A stretch of DNA of 64,000 bases from Bilabrum cf. latius (taxonomy: Eukaryota), in assembly GCA_965178125.1 (NCBI GenBank), contig OZ237735.1, positions 1,860,001 to 1,924,000 of the forward strand. Direction: 5' to 3'. Below, one piece after another: positions 35,140 to 46,877 of the stretch (position 1 is its first letter; every line of letters starts with the position of its first letter). The translations under genes and the position numbers were made by a program. Below the pieces are notes generated by a model that had not been told where the DNA came from, made no database searches, and was given only the letters and a program-made list of their open reading frames with translations.

Positions 35140-36582
35140 ATGTCTAAAAAAAGAACAGCAGTATTGGAAGACTTACTCGATGGACTTGTGGAAAGTAGAG
35201 CCCCTACAAGTCAAGCAAGACGAAAGGTAAGAAACGAAGAGAGAGCCATAAGAGCAGCTATAGGAGAAGCTAAACGAAAACAAAAAATTCAATTAGAAGA
35301 GGACTTTATGCCATTAGAAGAAAAGAGAAAATTAAAAAGAATAGCAAATCTTATGAAAAGGACTTTAAAAAGAGTTAAAGATAACAGTAAGAAAGGTAAA
35401 AAGTATAAAGTAGCAGATATAGATCAAGTTGTAAGACTAGCTAAAGATAATGAACTACTTGATGAAGATGCTGAAGCTATTGCTAAGATGATATAGAATA
35501 TTCCATATATGAACTCATCTAATACTCTATTTCAAAAAGGTAAAGCTGAGTCAAAACTTAACGACGCATTAAATAACTTATTTATTGAAGCAGAAGAGAT
35601 AGACAATTTACCTAAAGATGTCAAAGACTTAGAGAATGACTTAACAGTAGACTAGTTGAAGAAGTTTCTTAAAGAGAGAGGTGTAAGTGATTCAACTTTA
35701 AATGGTCTCTCTAAGGCTCAACTTAATTCAATGGCATCAAGACTTGTAAAAGTTAGACAAAGAGCAAAAGGAACACAAATAGTACCTCTATTAGAAAGAT
35801 TAGGAGATAAAAAGTCAAAAGGCTATGCTTTGGAACGATTACGAAGCCAAACTGATCGAGTTAAACTAAAAAGAGATGTACTTAATAAAAGAATGGAAGC
35901 AATAAATGATATTTATAAAACAAAAGCCACATCTAAAGCACCAGTACTAAAAGATAGACTTAAAGCACTATTAGGTGATGAATATGATGGTGTGCCAATA
36001 GATGATATGTAGTATTATGATTTATAGAGCTTATTTCAAGATATTAAGACTGGAAGACAATCGGGACTTGACAGTAAAACTAGATTTGTAAATTTAAATA
36101 GAATCAAGTTTGATGACGCAAAGAAAGATATTGAAAGACAATTATCACTTAGAAAAAGACAAACAAACCCATTTAGTCGTGCAGAACCGTCAGGAACTCC
36201 ACTTAAAGAAAGACTTAGACGAGCTAAGGAAAAAGATCCAGACTTACGAAGAGAAGCCGCATTAAGTGATGTAATGAATGAAGCTGCTGAATAGATAGCA
36301 AGAGGTAATGAACCTTTAGATGATGAGACAGAAGGGACACTATTAGAAAGACAACCAGATGGAGAATTTGTAGCAAGCGATGCAGGTGAAGATCTTGGTA
36401 AAGGTCAAGAAGCAAGAACAAGAGCAGCACGAGCAGCACAAGAACGGGAAGAACAAGAACAAGAAGCACAAGGTCAATCATCTAGTGGAGCAAGTGAAAG
36501 TAAGACTGGTGAAGGTTCAGGTCTTAATAAGAGACTTGATACTCTAATATCTTGGTTAGATTCAAGATTAAGAAGTCTTTAA
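35140..36582 (+). CDS. Virophage charged helical protein (480 aa)
   Basis: Continuous frame through TAGs to TAA 36580-36582. Confidence 0.75.
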
Positions 36583-36825
36583 ATGGTATATACTATAATA
36601 TTTTAATTTAAAAATATTACATTGTAAGAGGTGGCTATATTAAAAATGACTAAATTATAAAAATCAATACGCCTACGCGCCCAGAATTGCGGAAATATAT
36701 CTTAATATCCTAATATATTATCGCAATTTGGGGCGCTAGTATTATACTATATCTTATACTACTAACTTTTTAAAATCTCGTAATTTAAAAAAAAAATATC
36801 TAGTCTAGCTAATATAATATAAGTA

Positions 36826-37548
36826 ATGGCAGGAATATACAATCTCTTAAACAAAAATGAATATGAATTAAAGAGTAAGTCTATTGAAGTAGAATCAATT
36901 AAAGCAGAAGGCTTTGATGGAGCCGCTAACTTTGGACTTAACTTCAATGGTCAATCACTACCCTATATTATGAGTGGTACTAATGAAGATGCTAAGTCTT
37001 TCACATGGAGAATAGGTAAAAACTCAGCATCAGCAGGTGCATCTATCTCAATCAATGTCGCAGGTGATGGCACTCAAACCAGTACTATGACAGCAACCAA
37101 CTTCTTATCATTTACCGGTACACATGTAGCATCTTGTAGTGATGTTGCTTCTAGTTTACCAGCTGGTATTGGGTCAGTGGTTACTCTTGATAGTGTAGTT
37201 AATAAAGGACCCACAACTAATGAATATGTCGTAAGTCAAGCATCTCAACATTCACCACCTTTTGGAGTATATGTAGGAGAACACCATGATGATGGTAAAG
37301 TACTTGTGGCATCTTTAGGTGATGGAGCTGTGAAAGTAAATAAAAATGGAGGAGATGTAAGTGCGGGTGACTACTTAATAAATAGCTCTGATAGTGGATA
37401 TGTCTACGCGCCTAATCCTCAACCAGTCTCTGTTGATTAGACTATTGTAGCAAAAGCTCTAGTAGATGAAGACTTTTCAAGTGGTACTTCTACTGATGCT
37501 AATGGAGTAGAATATAAAGTCGTACCTTGTATTTTCTTAACAGGATAA
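36826..37548 (+). CDS. Fibre/spike-like protein with putative C-terminal autoprocessing chaperone-like domain (240 aa)
   Basis: SFTGTH...SLGDGAVKV...GDVSAGDYL..S..GY resembles spike C-terminal domains of large DNA viruses. Confidence 0.55.
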
Positions 37549-37591
37549 TTGAGTTTAATTATAGAAATATCTTTTTTATTAATATAATAAA

Positions 37592-38230
37592 ATGGATGGA
37601 ATCAGTTCAAGCAGTGTCGTTGTAGGAGGTTTAAGTGTCTTACTACCTCTAGCATACTCTGGTGGTATGTCTTGTTGGTAGTGGTTATGGGATAAACCTT
37701 TACATAAACGTAAAAAAATATGTATCTGTGTGCCTGAAGGTAGTGGTAAGTCTACCGCTTGTCAAATATTACGGTCTAGTTCTAAAGACTGTTTACTTGT
37801 TGATTTAGATAGTACTCTAGGAGTATATGTCTAGGAGCCCGAATTACTTATGAAACTAGACGAATGTAAGTTAAAAAGTGATTGGGGTAATTATAATATA
37901 CTTAATAGAAAAGCCAGTAAAGAAGCCCTTCAATGGGTAAAAGATAACTGGTTGAATGAAGGTAGCGAGAAGAGAGTAATATTCTTTACTAAAGAGTTAA
38001 GTCTAGCTAATGAGTTATTTAAAAAAGAAAGTATAGTTGTATGTCTTCCATCTAATTCACTATTCTAGAAGACTTTAAAGAATTAGAAAGTAGATAAATA
38101 GAAGTCTATGTTAGAAGACCGTAACTCTTATATCAAAGAGTTGAACCCTTCTAGCTATTACATTTATAATACTTACGAATAGCTTCACGATAAATTGAGG
38201 AATTGCCTCTAGTTAGGGTACCAAATATAA
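37592..38230 (+). CDS. P-loop NTPase/kinase-like protein with N-terminal hydrophobic segment (212 aa)
   Basis: VVVGGLSVLLPLAY; ICVPEGSGKST; LVDLD. Confidence 0.65.
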
Positions 38231-38386
38231 TACAAATAAATACAAAATAATACAAAAGTCAATACGCCTACGCGCCCAGAATTGCACAAATATATCTTGA
38301 ATAGCTATAATATTTCCGCAATTTCGGGCGGTTAGATCCTAAGTTTAATTATTCCGCCAAAAAATATTTACTATATATATATAGAA

Positions 38387-38701
38387 ATGAACTTTAATAA
38401 TATTTATAACATAAAAAGTTTGAACAATATATTAAAAAAGGTAAAGACAGCTTTTGATCAATTTTTTGATGGAAAGGACCTTCGTATTTGTGAAGTTGAA
38501 GAGCTAAAAGAAGTAGAAAAAGACTAGATTATTACCTACGAAGATATTAAGTCTATCCTAGGTCTTAAAATGGCTATGTTGCCTAAATATGAAGGAATGT
38601 TTTAGATGGCGCAAGATTACAAAGATTTTCGTATTATTAATGGCTTACTTGATTTAGAAATTATGAATGAGTTAAAACGTGTGGAAAAATCAACACGGTG
38701 A
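38387..38701 (+). CDS. Virophage hypothetical protein (104 aa)
   Basis: CGCCAAAA...CTATATATATATAG upstream; bracketed by two palindromes. Confidence 0.65.
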
Positions 38702-38813
38702 GACGCCCAGAATTGCGAAAATATATCTTGAATAGCTATAATATATCCGCAATTTGGGGCGGTCGTATCTAACCTGTCAATTTGTATTTTTATAATTAAA
38801 ATACATACTGATA

Positions 38814-39320
38814 TTACAATTTATAATCTAGACAAATATTGTCTGGTTGTTTAGAAGTATTACATAATAGACTTAACTTTTGATCTATTTCTTTTTCTAC
38901 TCCTGTTTTAGTCTTTTCGTCTTCTTGTTCCATCTCTTGGACAGTCTCGTTGAATTTATCCACATCACCGTAAGTCTTTATAAATACTTGTTTTTTCTCG
39001 GACATCTTGATTTTGCTATCCTCCACATATTGCTCTCCTTCAATATTACATAATATATTATTAAGATGGAGATAACTTTCTGCTTTGTCATCGTGATCTG
39101 TGCTTAATACTTCAACATACTTTGTTTTAAATCTAAGTTCCAAGTTATGACGTATTTCACTCATATGTTTATGGATCTCTTTTGGGTCTTCTATTTCGCT
39201 CTCTTCATACATTGCTATTATAGTACTTATGACATCACTAGGGTTTTCGTCTCGTATTTTAAGTATTAAACTAAAGACATCAAAGTATTCATTTAAAAAC
39301 TTCCAAATTGTGTTTTTCAT
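38814..39320 (-). CDS. Virophage hypothetical protein (168 aa)
   Basis: Clean ORF ending TAA; CTATATATATAG upstream. Confidence 0.7.
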   Translation of the reverse strand: MKNTIWKFLNEYFDVFSLILKIRDENPSDVISTIIAMYEESEIEDPKEIHKHMSEIRHNLELRFKTKYVEVLSTDHDDKAESYLHLNNILCNIEGEQYVEDSKIKMSEKKQVFIKTYGDVDKFNETVQEMEQEDEKTKTGVEKEIDQKLSLLCNTSKQPDNICLDYKL

Positions 39321-39339
39321 TTACCTATATATATAGTGG

Positions 39340-40020
39340 TCATTTTAATAAGATATTTTTAAACTTTGTAAAGTTATCATGAATTTTATCACTATCACCC
39401 CAGCACACTTTAGCATACCATAAGTTGCTGTCATACATATCGGTCTCATCAAAATGAATATGTCCTAATACTCGCTTTCTCATTTTATCAGCGTGTGATT
39501 TACCTCTTCTTAAAGCATCAGGATAAGTCTATGTATTCTTTTTGTTAAAATATACCTTTGTATCATTAATCTCTACACAATAAACATATTCAGGTTTATC
39601 ACTCACTGTAAGATCACTAATATTGATTTTTGGTTTTGGTTTCTCTTTAATTGGTTTCTCTTCAATGACTTCACTCACTACTTCACTACTTGTATCACTA
39701 TATGTATCATTCAAATAGTCTTCCTCTTTATTATCCTCTATGTCTTCGCTATCTAATTCAACATCTTCCAATATAGCCTATTGTCGTTCTAATTGTGGAG
39801 GTTTTAACTAGATAGGTTCTATTTTAGACGGTTGTCTCACTAAATTTATAGTTGCTATCTCGTCCCCTTCATCATCTATTTCACCCTATAAACTTGAATA
39901 ATGCTTGTTAATCCATAACATTTTTAAGTCATCACGAGACCACTTGTACTTTTCACTTAACTTGACTACTCTTTTTAGAAGGTCTTTATTTTTGTATCTT
40001 GTTATATTTAACAATTCCAT
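39340..40020 (-). CDS. Virophage hypothetical protein (226 aa), acidic middle
   Basis: Open with TAG=Gln; C-terminus KVCWGDSDKIHD resembles KILWGSDNAIKD of 44738-45145. Confidence 0.7.
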
Positions 40021-40122
40021 ATACTTATTATAAATAATTTCTTTGACTTTGTTTTATATTAATATGGTAAATACTAGAAAAAATTAATATTTCAAAAGTC
40101 GTATCTATACACTGGCTAACAT

Positions 40123-41902
40123 TGATGCCAGAGTGTACGCGCAACCTAGTCTCGTTAACAATCAGACATGGCAAGACCTGACAAAGCTGTGCCTGTGCGC
40201 GACCCTTGACCGGACTGACCGGGGCTGGGAAGAGCACGTGCACTACTCCGCCGAGGAGGAGGGGGTTGGGAGGGTGGGCAAAAATTACCCAATCTCCGCC
40301 CCTCTCCTGAACACAGAGAGGGTATGCGCGTCATCGCAAGCAATCCGTTGGCTTGGTCGCACCTTCCCGGTCGCAACCGCCATCGGAACCCAACGAGACG
40401 TTCACGCGCTCCCACTCTGGCATCAACACCGAACCCCATCCGGCGTTAGGATCATGATGCCAGAGTGTACGCGCAACCTAGTCTCGTTAACAATCAGACA
40501 TGGCAAGACCTGACAAAGCTGTGCCTGTGCGCGACCCTTGACCGGACTGACCGGGGCTGGGAAGAGCACGTGCACTACTCCGCCAAATCTTACCGCCATG
40601 TCTTGTACGCTGCGGCTGTGTGGCTCACTCCAAGTTCAGCCGCAGCGCGCTGGCCAGCACCCACACTGGCCTGTTCAAATCGAGGCTCCTGCCGCCGAGC
40701 TCCAGAGGAGGCAAGCCTTCCCTGACGCCCCGCAAGTACACCTCGCATGCAGATGCCGACTTCCATCTGCCAAATCGCCTAATGACCTCGAAGGCGACCC
40801 CAGCACGGTCCAAACACATCACTGCCGCGATGCGGATGGAATGTCCGTGCACCGCTCCTGCAACTTCTCGTGAGCAGAAGCTGCGGAGCGCCCGTACTAC
40901 CTGCGCCTTGACGATCGGCTTCGTGTTCGCCACGAAGACTGGCCCTGACGTGGGGCAGCTGAGCGCCAGCTACCGGGCGTAGTCTTCGTCTGCGCCTGCA
41001 GTTGGGGCGTGGCTCGCTGCTGCCCACGCCACGAAGGCTCGCACGCCGCAGAACCTGCTGCCTGTGACTGCCCATCGTCCGGCTCTGCAATGGACTGCGA
41101 TGGGCTCTGCGGCTGGGATGGAGAACTTGGCTGGGCCGTCGGCTTTGTGGAGGCCCAGGCGGATGGCAACACCATGGATGCGTCCGTCTCGCGTGATGAA
41201 CTGCACTTGCTGCCATTGGAGGCCGGCTTGTCGTCTGGACGCACCGACGAGCTCTCCCAGCCGGAGGCCCCCACAGAAGCAGAGACAGACAGCTGTCCGA
41301 GCAGCCTACTCTGTTGTGCTGCAACCGGCTGTCGAGAAACACCGTCGGATTGCGCGGAGTGGGGCTGAAGATCGACGCAACGGGTGCGCCGATGGCGATG
41401 CTTTGTGGTAGTACCGGAGGATGCTGTCGAGCTAGCGTGACCGTGGGACGCCGCACGCTCCTGTGGACTCGATGACGACTCGCTAGGCATTTCTGGTGTA
41501 TGTAGCGATGGTGCCGCCACTGAGAGGCGAACATTCCCCTAAGAAGACTGCGAATCTCGAGAGCGCTGCATTGAGCCTGAACGCGAAGAGTCTGCGAGCT
41601 GCTGGAAGATGCCCGTCCATGAAACTGCGGTCGATGTCGTACCACGTGAGGAAGTTGTCGAAGTGCCCCCACGCCGTGCGCAACCCACTGAGTCCAGAGT
41701 GGCCACCAGCGTGAAATGGTAAAACCCAAAAATTACCCAATCTCCGCCCCTCTCCTGAACACAGAGAGGGTATGCGCGTCATCGCAAGCAATCCGTTGGC
41801 TTGGTCGCACCTTCCCGGTCGCAACCGCCATCGGAACCCAACGAGACGTTCACGCGCTCCCACTCTGGCATCAACACCGAACCCCATCCGGCGTTAGGAT
41901 CA
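40123..41902 (-). mobile_element. Non-autonomous Ngaro-type tyrosine-recombinase retrotransposon
   Basis: GC-rich insert with split direct repeats A1-ORF-B1-A2-B2 on the minus strand: A 176 bp (41727-41902, 40279-40454), B 130 bp (40455-40584, 40123-40252); no TSD. Confidence 0.9.
40625..41720 (-). CDS. Tyrosine recombinase (DIRS/Ngaro type), start uncertain or truncated
   Basis: Three track ORFs in one frame; GLRLGEL, HSIR, GRWKS, VYLR catalytic residues. Confidence 0.85.
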
Positions 41903-42030
41903 AAAATGATAAAATTATAAAAATCAATACACCTACGCGCCCAGAATTGCGGAAATATATCTTAATATCCTAATATATTATCGCAATTTGGGGCGCTGGT
42001 ATTATGCCATAAAGTATATTACTAGATTAA

Positions 42031-43686
42031 TTATCTCTATCTATCAGAATAGTCTTTCGCAAGTGGTCGTATTTGGTCTTTCCCATAATCCTATTCTAAT
42101 TTCTTACGGGTAATCCATTCATTAAACTTATTAGAATATCCCTTATATTTGACTAAGTATTCAATAAGTCTATCTTTATTTTGTCTTTTATCTAAAAACT
42201 TCTCTATTGTGTCTGGTTCTACTTCTAAACCTTCAACATTATCAATTTCAGGCTCTTCACTTTCCTTGTCTATGTCATCATTTACCTTATCTTCGTGTTC
42301 TACATTGTCTATTTTCTATAACTGTGAAGCATTAAAGAATCCAGTAAGAGGTTCTCCCTCTTTGTCCATTACTTTATATTTAATCCTCTACTTAGGATTT
42401 CTTGGTTTGGTCTTCTATCTAACAGTGAAGACTTCTCTAGACCAATTAAATAAATTTCCTTTAAACTTGTTCTTCTCAAGTAATACTCTAACTCTATCCC
42501 CTACATTAAGATCTTTATCATTCCCGTCAAAATTATTTGATAATTTCTTATTTTCAATTCTAGATCTAACTACTTCTAAATTTTCGGGTTTCATTGCTTC
42601 TAGTGGAGACATTCCTATAGTGTTGTGTTTTCTCTTATTATATGCTCTTACTAGTCTCTATAATGACGTATGCCAAACACCATCACTGTCATTCTTAATA
42701 GCAAAGTCTTTTCTAATCTATTCTTTTATAGTCCTATTAAGTCTTTCAACTGCACCATTAGACTATGGATTTCCTGCGATGGTGAATAGTGGTTTTATGT
42801 CATTGTCATTCATAAATTTAATATATGCCTCTTTATTAAACTCATTATCACTTAACATAACAGTCGGTTTTCTCCAATTAGGTTTCTTAAATAGTTTCTT
42901 CATCTCACGAATTATATTAACTAATGTCTTATCTTTTAATGAAATACTCCATAGGTATTTTGTGAATATATCCATTATATTTAATATCCAATTATAGCCG
43001 TCATTAGTGTCTGAATACTTTTGCATGTCTATTAAGTCCAAGGCGTAAATTGAGAAAGGCTTAGTAGGTACAAAAGAACTTACTGCTGACTGTTTAGGTC
43101 GTTTTTTGGTCAATTGGTGGAGCATCTAGTTATTTAACCACTTTTCTACTTGTCGTCTTTTAATACGTTTATCTTTTTGTCTAGCTAGGTCATATAACGC
43201 ATCACGACTGACTACATTACCTTCTTCATAATATAGTTTCTTTAATATTGGTTTATAATTAAATTTGTCTTTGTCGTCCTCATCTTCTACTTCAATTAAT
43301 TTACCGGTTGGTTTATTAAGTTTTTTCGTCTAAGCTTTAGTCATCTTATAAAAAAGACGAACTAGGTTAGACTATTGAACGCTAAAATGAACACGACTCA
43401 CTAAGTTATATAAAGTGAAATAGTCTCCATCCTTCTATATTGAGTTAATTACCCCACCTCTTCTAAATAGTGGCTTTCCCTTGATATTACTTACATAAGA
43501 TACATAAGAATATAAAGGTATTTTTTTAATACTTGCTTTGGTAGTTGGTACCTCTTCAAATCCTTTATCAAGTAGTCCCTTAATAGTGGCTTCTAAATTA
43601 TCACTATCTTTTTGATTTTTTGTCGGTTCATCACCATACGTGTAAGATATTTTACCTCTAGTGTATGTCTTGCCTTTATTAGTCAT
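42031..43686 (-). CDS. Retroviral-type (rve) integrase with C-terminal chromodomain (551 aa)
   Basis: ALDLID, MDIFTKY, SDNEF, P[TAG=Q]SNGAVERLNRTIK, YN..H..IGMSP, VGDRVR; chromo EYLVKYKGY...NEWI. Confidence 0.95.
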
Positions 43687-43772
43687 ATTTACTATATATA
43701 TAGTAGATATAAATTTTGGCGTTAATTAAACGATTTTTTAACATATTGTCTTCTGTTATTTCTTCTAGTTGT

Positions 43773-44006
43773 TTATGCTGTAATTGTTCCATTTTTCTTT
43801 AATATTTCTTCTCGTTCTTCTTTACTTTGAAGATTATAAAAAAGAGTCTATGATCCATTTGACATATCCCACTCATTGCCATCAAAACATAATTTAATTT
43901 CATCTTTTAAATTGTCCTCTATAGCTTTTATAGCCTTTTCAATAACTTTATTATTTTTACAAGCTTTTAAAAACTTGGGAGACATTATAATTTTCAAGTC
44001 GTACAT
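43773..44006 (-). CDS. Virophage small hypothetical protein (77 aa)
   Basis: ATG preceded by CGCCAACA...TATATA; open with one TAG. Confidence 0.45.
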
Positions 44007-44046
44007 ATATATAAAGACGATATAATATGTTGGCGTAAATTAAACA

Positions 44047-44580
44047 TTATTTCTTATATTTCTTTCTCTTCTAGTTACAGTCATAACAAAACCAGAAAGT
44101 GGCTCCTGGTTTAATAAGATACTTTTCACATTTCTTACATTGTGAGTATTTCCTCTTTTTATTATAACAACTAAGACAAGTCTTTTTATATTTATGTTTT
44201 TCAATGAACTCATCGCAATCAGTGCATCTACTCTTATCTTTTAATATGTCTTTATTTAATTCGTGTTTAATGGATTTAATATGACTTTTCCAGCTACTAC
44301 GTTTAACAACACAAGAGCATACATCACAAGTCTTATACATACAAGCCTTATACACATCATGATCCTTTTCGAATGTGTTATTAATACATTCAGAACCTAA
44401 TTTAAATATATCACCAGTTGGGGGATACTCAACGAAATGAACTTCCTTAATTTGGTGATCACAGATACACTTTCCGTCTTCTTCTCTAGTCTCTCCAGCT
44501 GGTATTAATAGAGGGGCTATCTTATTCCAGTCATTAATCTTTAGCTTATTGATTATGAAGTTACGACATTTATAGCACAT
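44047..44580 (-). CDS. Cys-rich multi-zinc-finger protein (177 aa)
   Basis: CICDH...GSECI, CxxC...H..S..H and several further CxxC. Confidence 0.75.
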
Positions 44581-44737
44581 TATAATATAGTATATACTAT
44601 AATAATATATTATTTTTAAGTCTAATTAAACGAGATGTCTTAAGCTCGATTCAAATTTGGGCGCCCGAAATTGCGGTAATATTATAGCTATTCAAGATAT
44701 ATTTTCGCAATTCTGGGCGTTTAGGCGTATTGACTTT

Positions 44738-45145
44738 TTAATTTAATATTTTTAATTGTTTCAGTCTTGCGTCCACTTTAGACCTATAGTCATCTAACCA
44801 TTTTTCCAAAGTATCCCCTTTAACATACCTTTTTACATCTAATACTCCATTGGCTAGTTTTGTTAAGTAGTCCTTTATAGCATTATCACTTCCCCATAAG
44901 ATTTTATGACTGTGATATTTTGAGCTATTAGTATCGGTAGTCTTCCCGTGTCTTCGGTAGTATAGGCGTCGTCTTTTAGGGTCAATATGGTTATTATCTC
45001 CATACTTACCAATCAAATCAAAGTATTGAGCATATCGTGCATCACCAAAGCTAGTGATATACTTACCATTTTTGAATACATCATATTTCTTATTTCTACG
45101 AGTAGAGGGTTTATATTTGAATCCATCAATAATTATCTCATACAT
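44738..45145 (-). CDS. Small basic protein of a type seen in giant viruses/virophages (135 aa)
   Basis: STRRNKKY...SFG...Y...RR..Y..RH...ILW pattern; family not confirmed. Confidence 0.7.
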   Translation of the reverse strand: MYEIIIDGFKYKPSTRRNKKYDVFKNGKYITSFGDARYAQYFDLIGKYGDNNHIDPKRRRLYYRRHGKTTDTNSSKYHSHKILWGSDNAIKDYLTKLANGVLDVKRYVKGDTLEKWLDDYRSKVDARLKQLKILN

Positions 45146-45344
45146 AATATATTATGATACAAGATTTATTAACTTAGTATATTGTCGGTAAGACTTGTAA
45201 ATTAGTTATTAAATAGGTGAAGACTACCAAGACATATCATAAGACAAAATCATTTGTTAAGGACTAGTTAGAAGAAGTACTCAATACATTGATACAAGTT
45301 AAAGGACATTCTAAATATGAACACAAGATCAAATGGACCACTTC

Positions 45345-46877
45345 AAGTGGTATGAGTTAGTGAATATGTAAAATTGAATACGGGTGAGCGCCCAGAATTG
45401 CAAACATAATTTTCTTGATACTTATATATTTCCGCAATTTGGGGCGGTCATATCTGGAGATACAATTTGGGGCGGTCATATCTGGAGATACAATTTGGGG
45501 CGGTCATATTTATTATTAGTTATTTTAAAATATCTCGTCAAGTGGTTAAGTCTTTTTGTGATATCCCGTTAAGTGGTCAATAAAATGAACGGTAAGTCAA
45601 AAAAATTAATCAAAATAAAGAAGTAGTTGATTATTAATTATTGAAGACACCTACGCGCCCAGAATTGCGACAATATCTCTTAATATCCTAATATATTTCC
45701 GCAATTTCGGGCCGTCATTTCTGGACATTTAATATAGCACATACTAGAAATATCTTTATTACAAAATTACACCTCTATAAGATAACTATGTCAAAATTAA
45801 CAAAATATAAAACTCAATACACCTACGCGCCCAGAATTGCGACAATATATCTTAATATCCTAATATATTACCGCAATTTCGGGCGCTAGTATTATACTAT
45901 ACCATATTTTATTATCCTATATTTTCCATTTAATCTAGTGATTAATCATTTCAAAGTAATACACTTGACATAAACCAGTTCATTGAGTCATTTTAAAGTC
46001 ATCGTCAAAACATTTATCATTTTTAAGTTATCCCGCTTTGTATTCCTTTATATCATATACTCAAACAAAGGACTTTAACATATTTAAAGAATTATGAAAA
46101 ATAAAAATCAATACACCTACGCGCCCAGAATTGCAGAAATATATCTTGAATAGCTATAATATTACCGCAATTTCGGGCGATAGATAAAAGAATGTATTTT
46201 TAAGGGGATACCCTTATATTTGAAGTTTTGAAGAGATGACATATAAAAGACTTTATAAAGTGATTAATATCTCCTTCTAGTTATATTTAAATATTCAATT
46301 ATTTAAGTATAGATTGACAAGTAATAAAAAAAGAGATAAATTAAGTTGATATATTAGTTTAGTTTTATTTATTAATTTAAATTTTTCATTGGAAGTATTA
46401 AAAAGACTTTAATACTTCTGTCAATCTCTTTAAGTATTTATTTAGTTATTTTCTAAAGTGGTAAATGTCAATTGATACTTAAAACCAAATCATAATATAA
46501 AACTCAATACACCTACGCGCCCAGAATTGCGAACATATTTTCTTAAATGACTATATATTTCCGCAATTTCGGGCGGGCATATCCTAAGACTTAGGCTAGG
46601 GATTCACTCAACAGATTAAGTAAAGTAAAGGTCTAACAGATAGACATTAACGGCGCGAAGGTATTAAATTAGGTAGATATATGAATAAATAGCTATTAAA
46701 TTATTATGTTCAAGTGAAGGACATTATGAAGGACTACGGCTTAAGATGTTGTGAAGTGGTTAATATTGACCTCTTATGTTATCCGCCAAAATGTGTGTAG
46801 TTTTTATATAAGTAAACTCTATTTCTACTATATAGTAGAAATAGAGTTATCATAACTCCACATTTTGGCGGATAACA
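45345..46877 (-). repeat. Right terminal inverted repeat (1,533 bp)
   Basis: Reverse complement of 21108-22640. Confidence 0.95.

Larger units (their letters stand above)
21410..46575. repeat. Dispersed ~58-bp imperfect palindrome, about 22 copies
   Basis: CGCCC(G/C)AAATTGCG-AT-rich spacer-CGCAATTCTGGGCG near 21410, 21806, 22100, 22273, 22539, 26457, 27047, 27963, 30984, 31153, 33616, 33735, 44663; reversed near 36678, 38273, 38704, 41938; five more in the right TIR. Confidence 0.95.
21108..46877. mobile_element. Endogenous virophage (Lavidaviridae/Maveriviricetes-like), 25,770 bp
   Basis: Abrupt AT-rich island; ends TGTTATCCGCC...GGCGGATAACA; TSD GCTGC at 21103-21107 and 46878-46882 (empty site visible at ~18050-18080); MCP, penton, protease, ATPase and rve integrase genes. 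Confidence 0.95.

Noticed and set aside
42149-42997. 282-aa plus-strand ORF
   Set aside because: Antisense shadow of the integrase; Ser/Leu/Phe-rich with no motifs.
21410-46575. CRISPR array interpretation of the palindromic repeats
   Set aside because: Copies are hundreds to thousands of bp apart, in both orientations, with genes between them; no cas genes.
21108-46877. Bacterial prophage or contaminant misassembly
   Set aside because: Clean TSD within a repeat whose empty site is visible, eukaryotic-virus gene set, and the same recoded TAG as the flanks.
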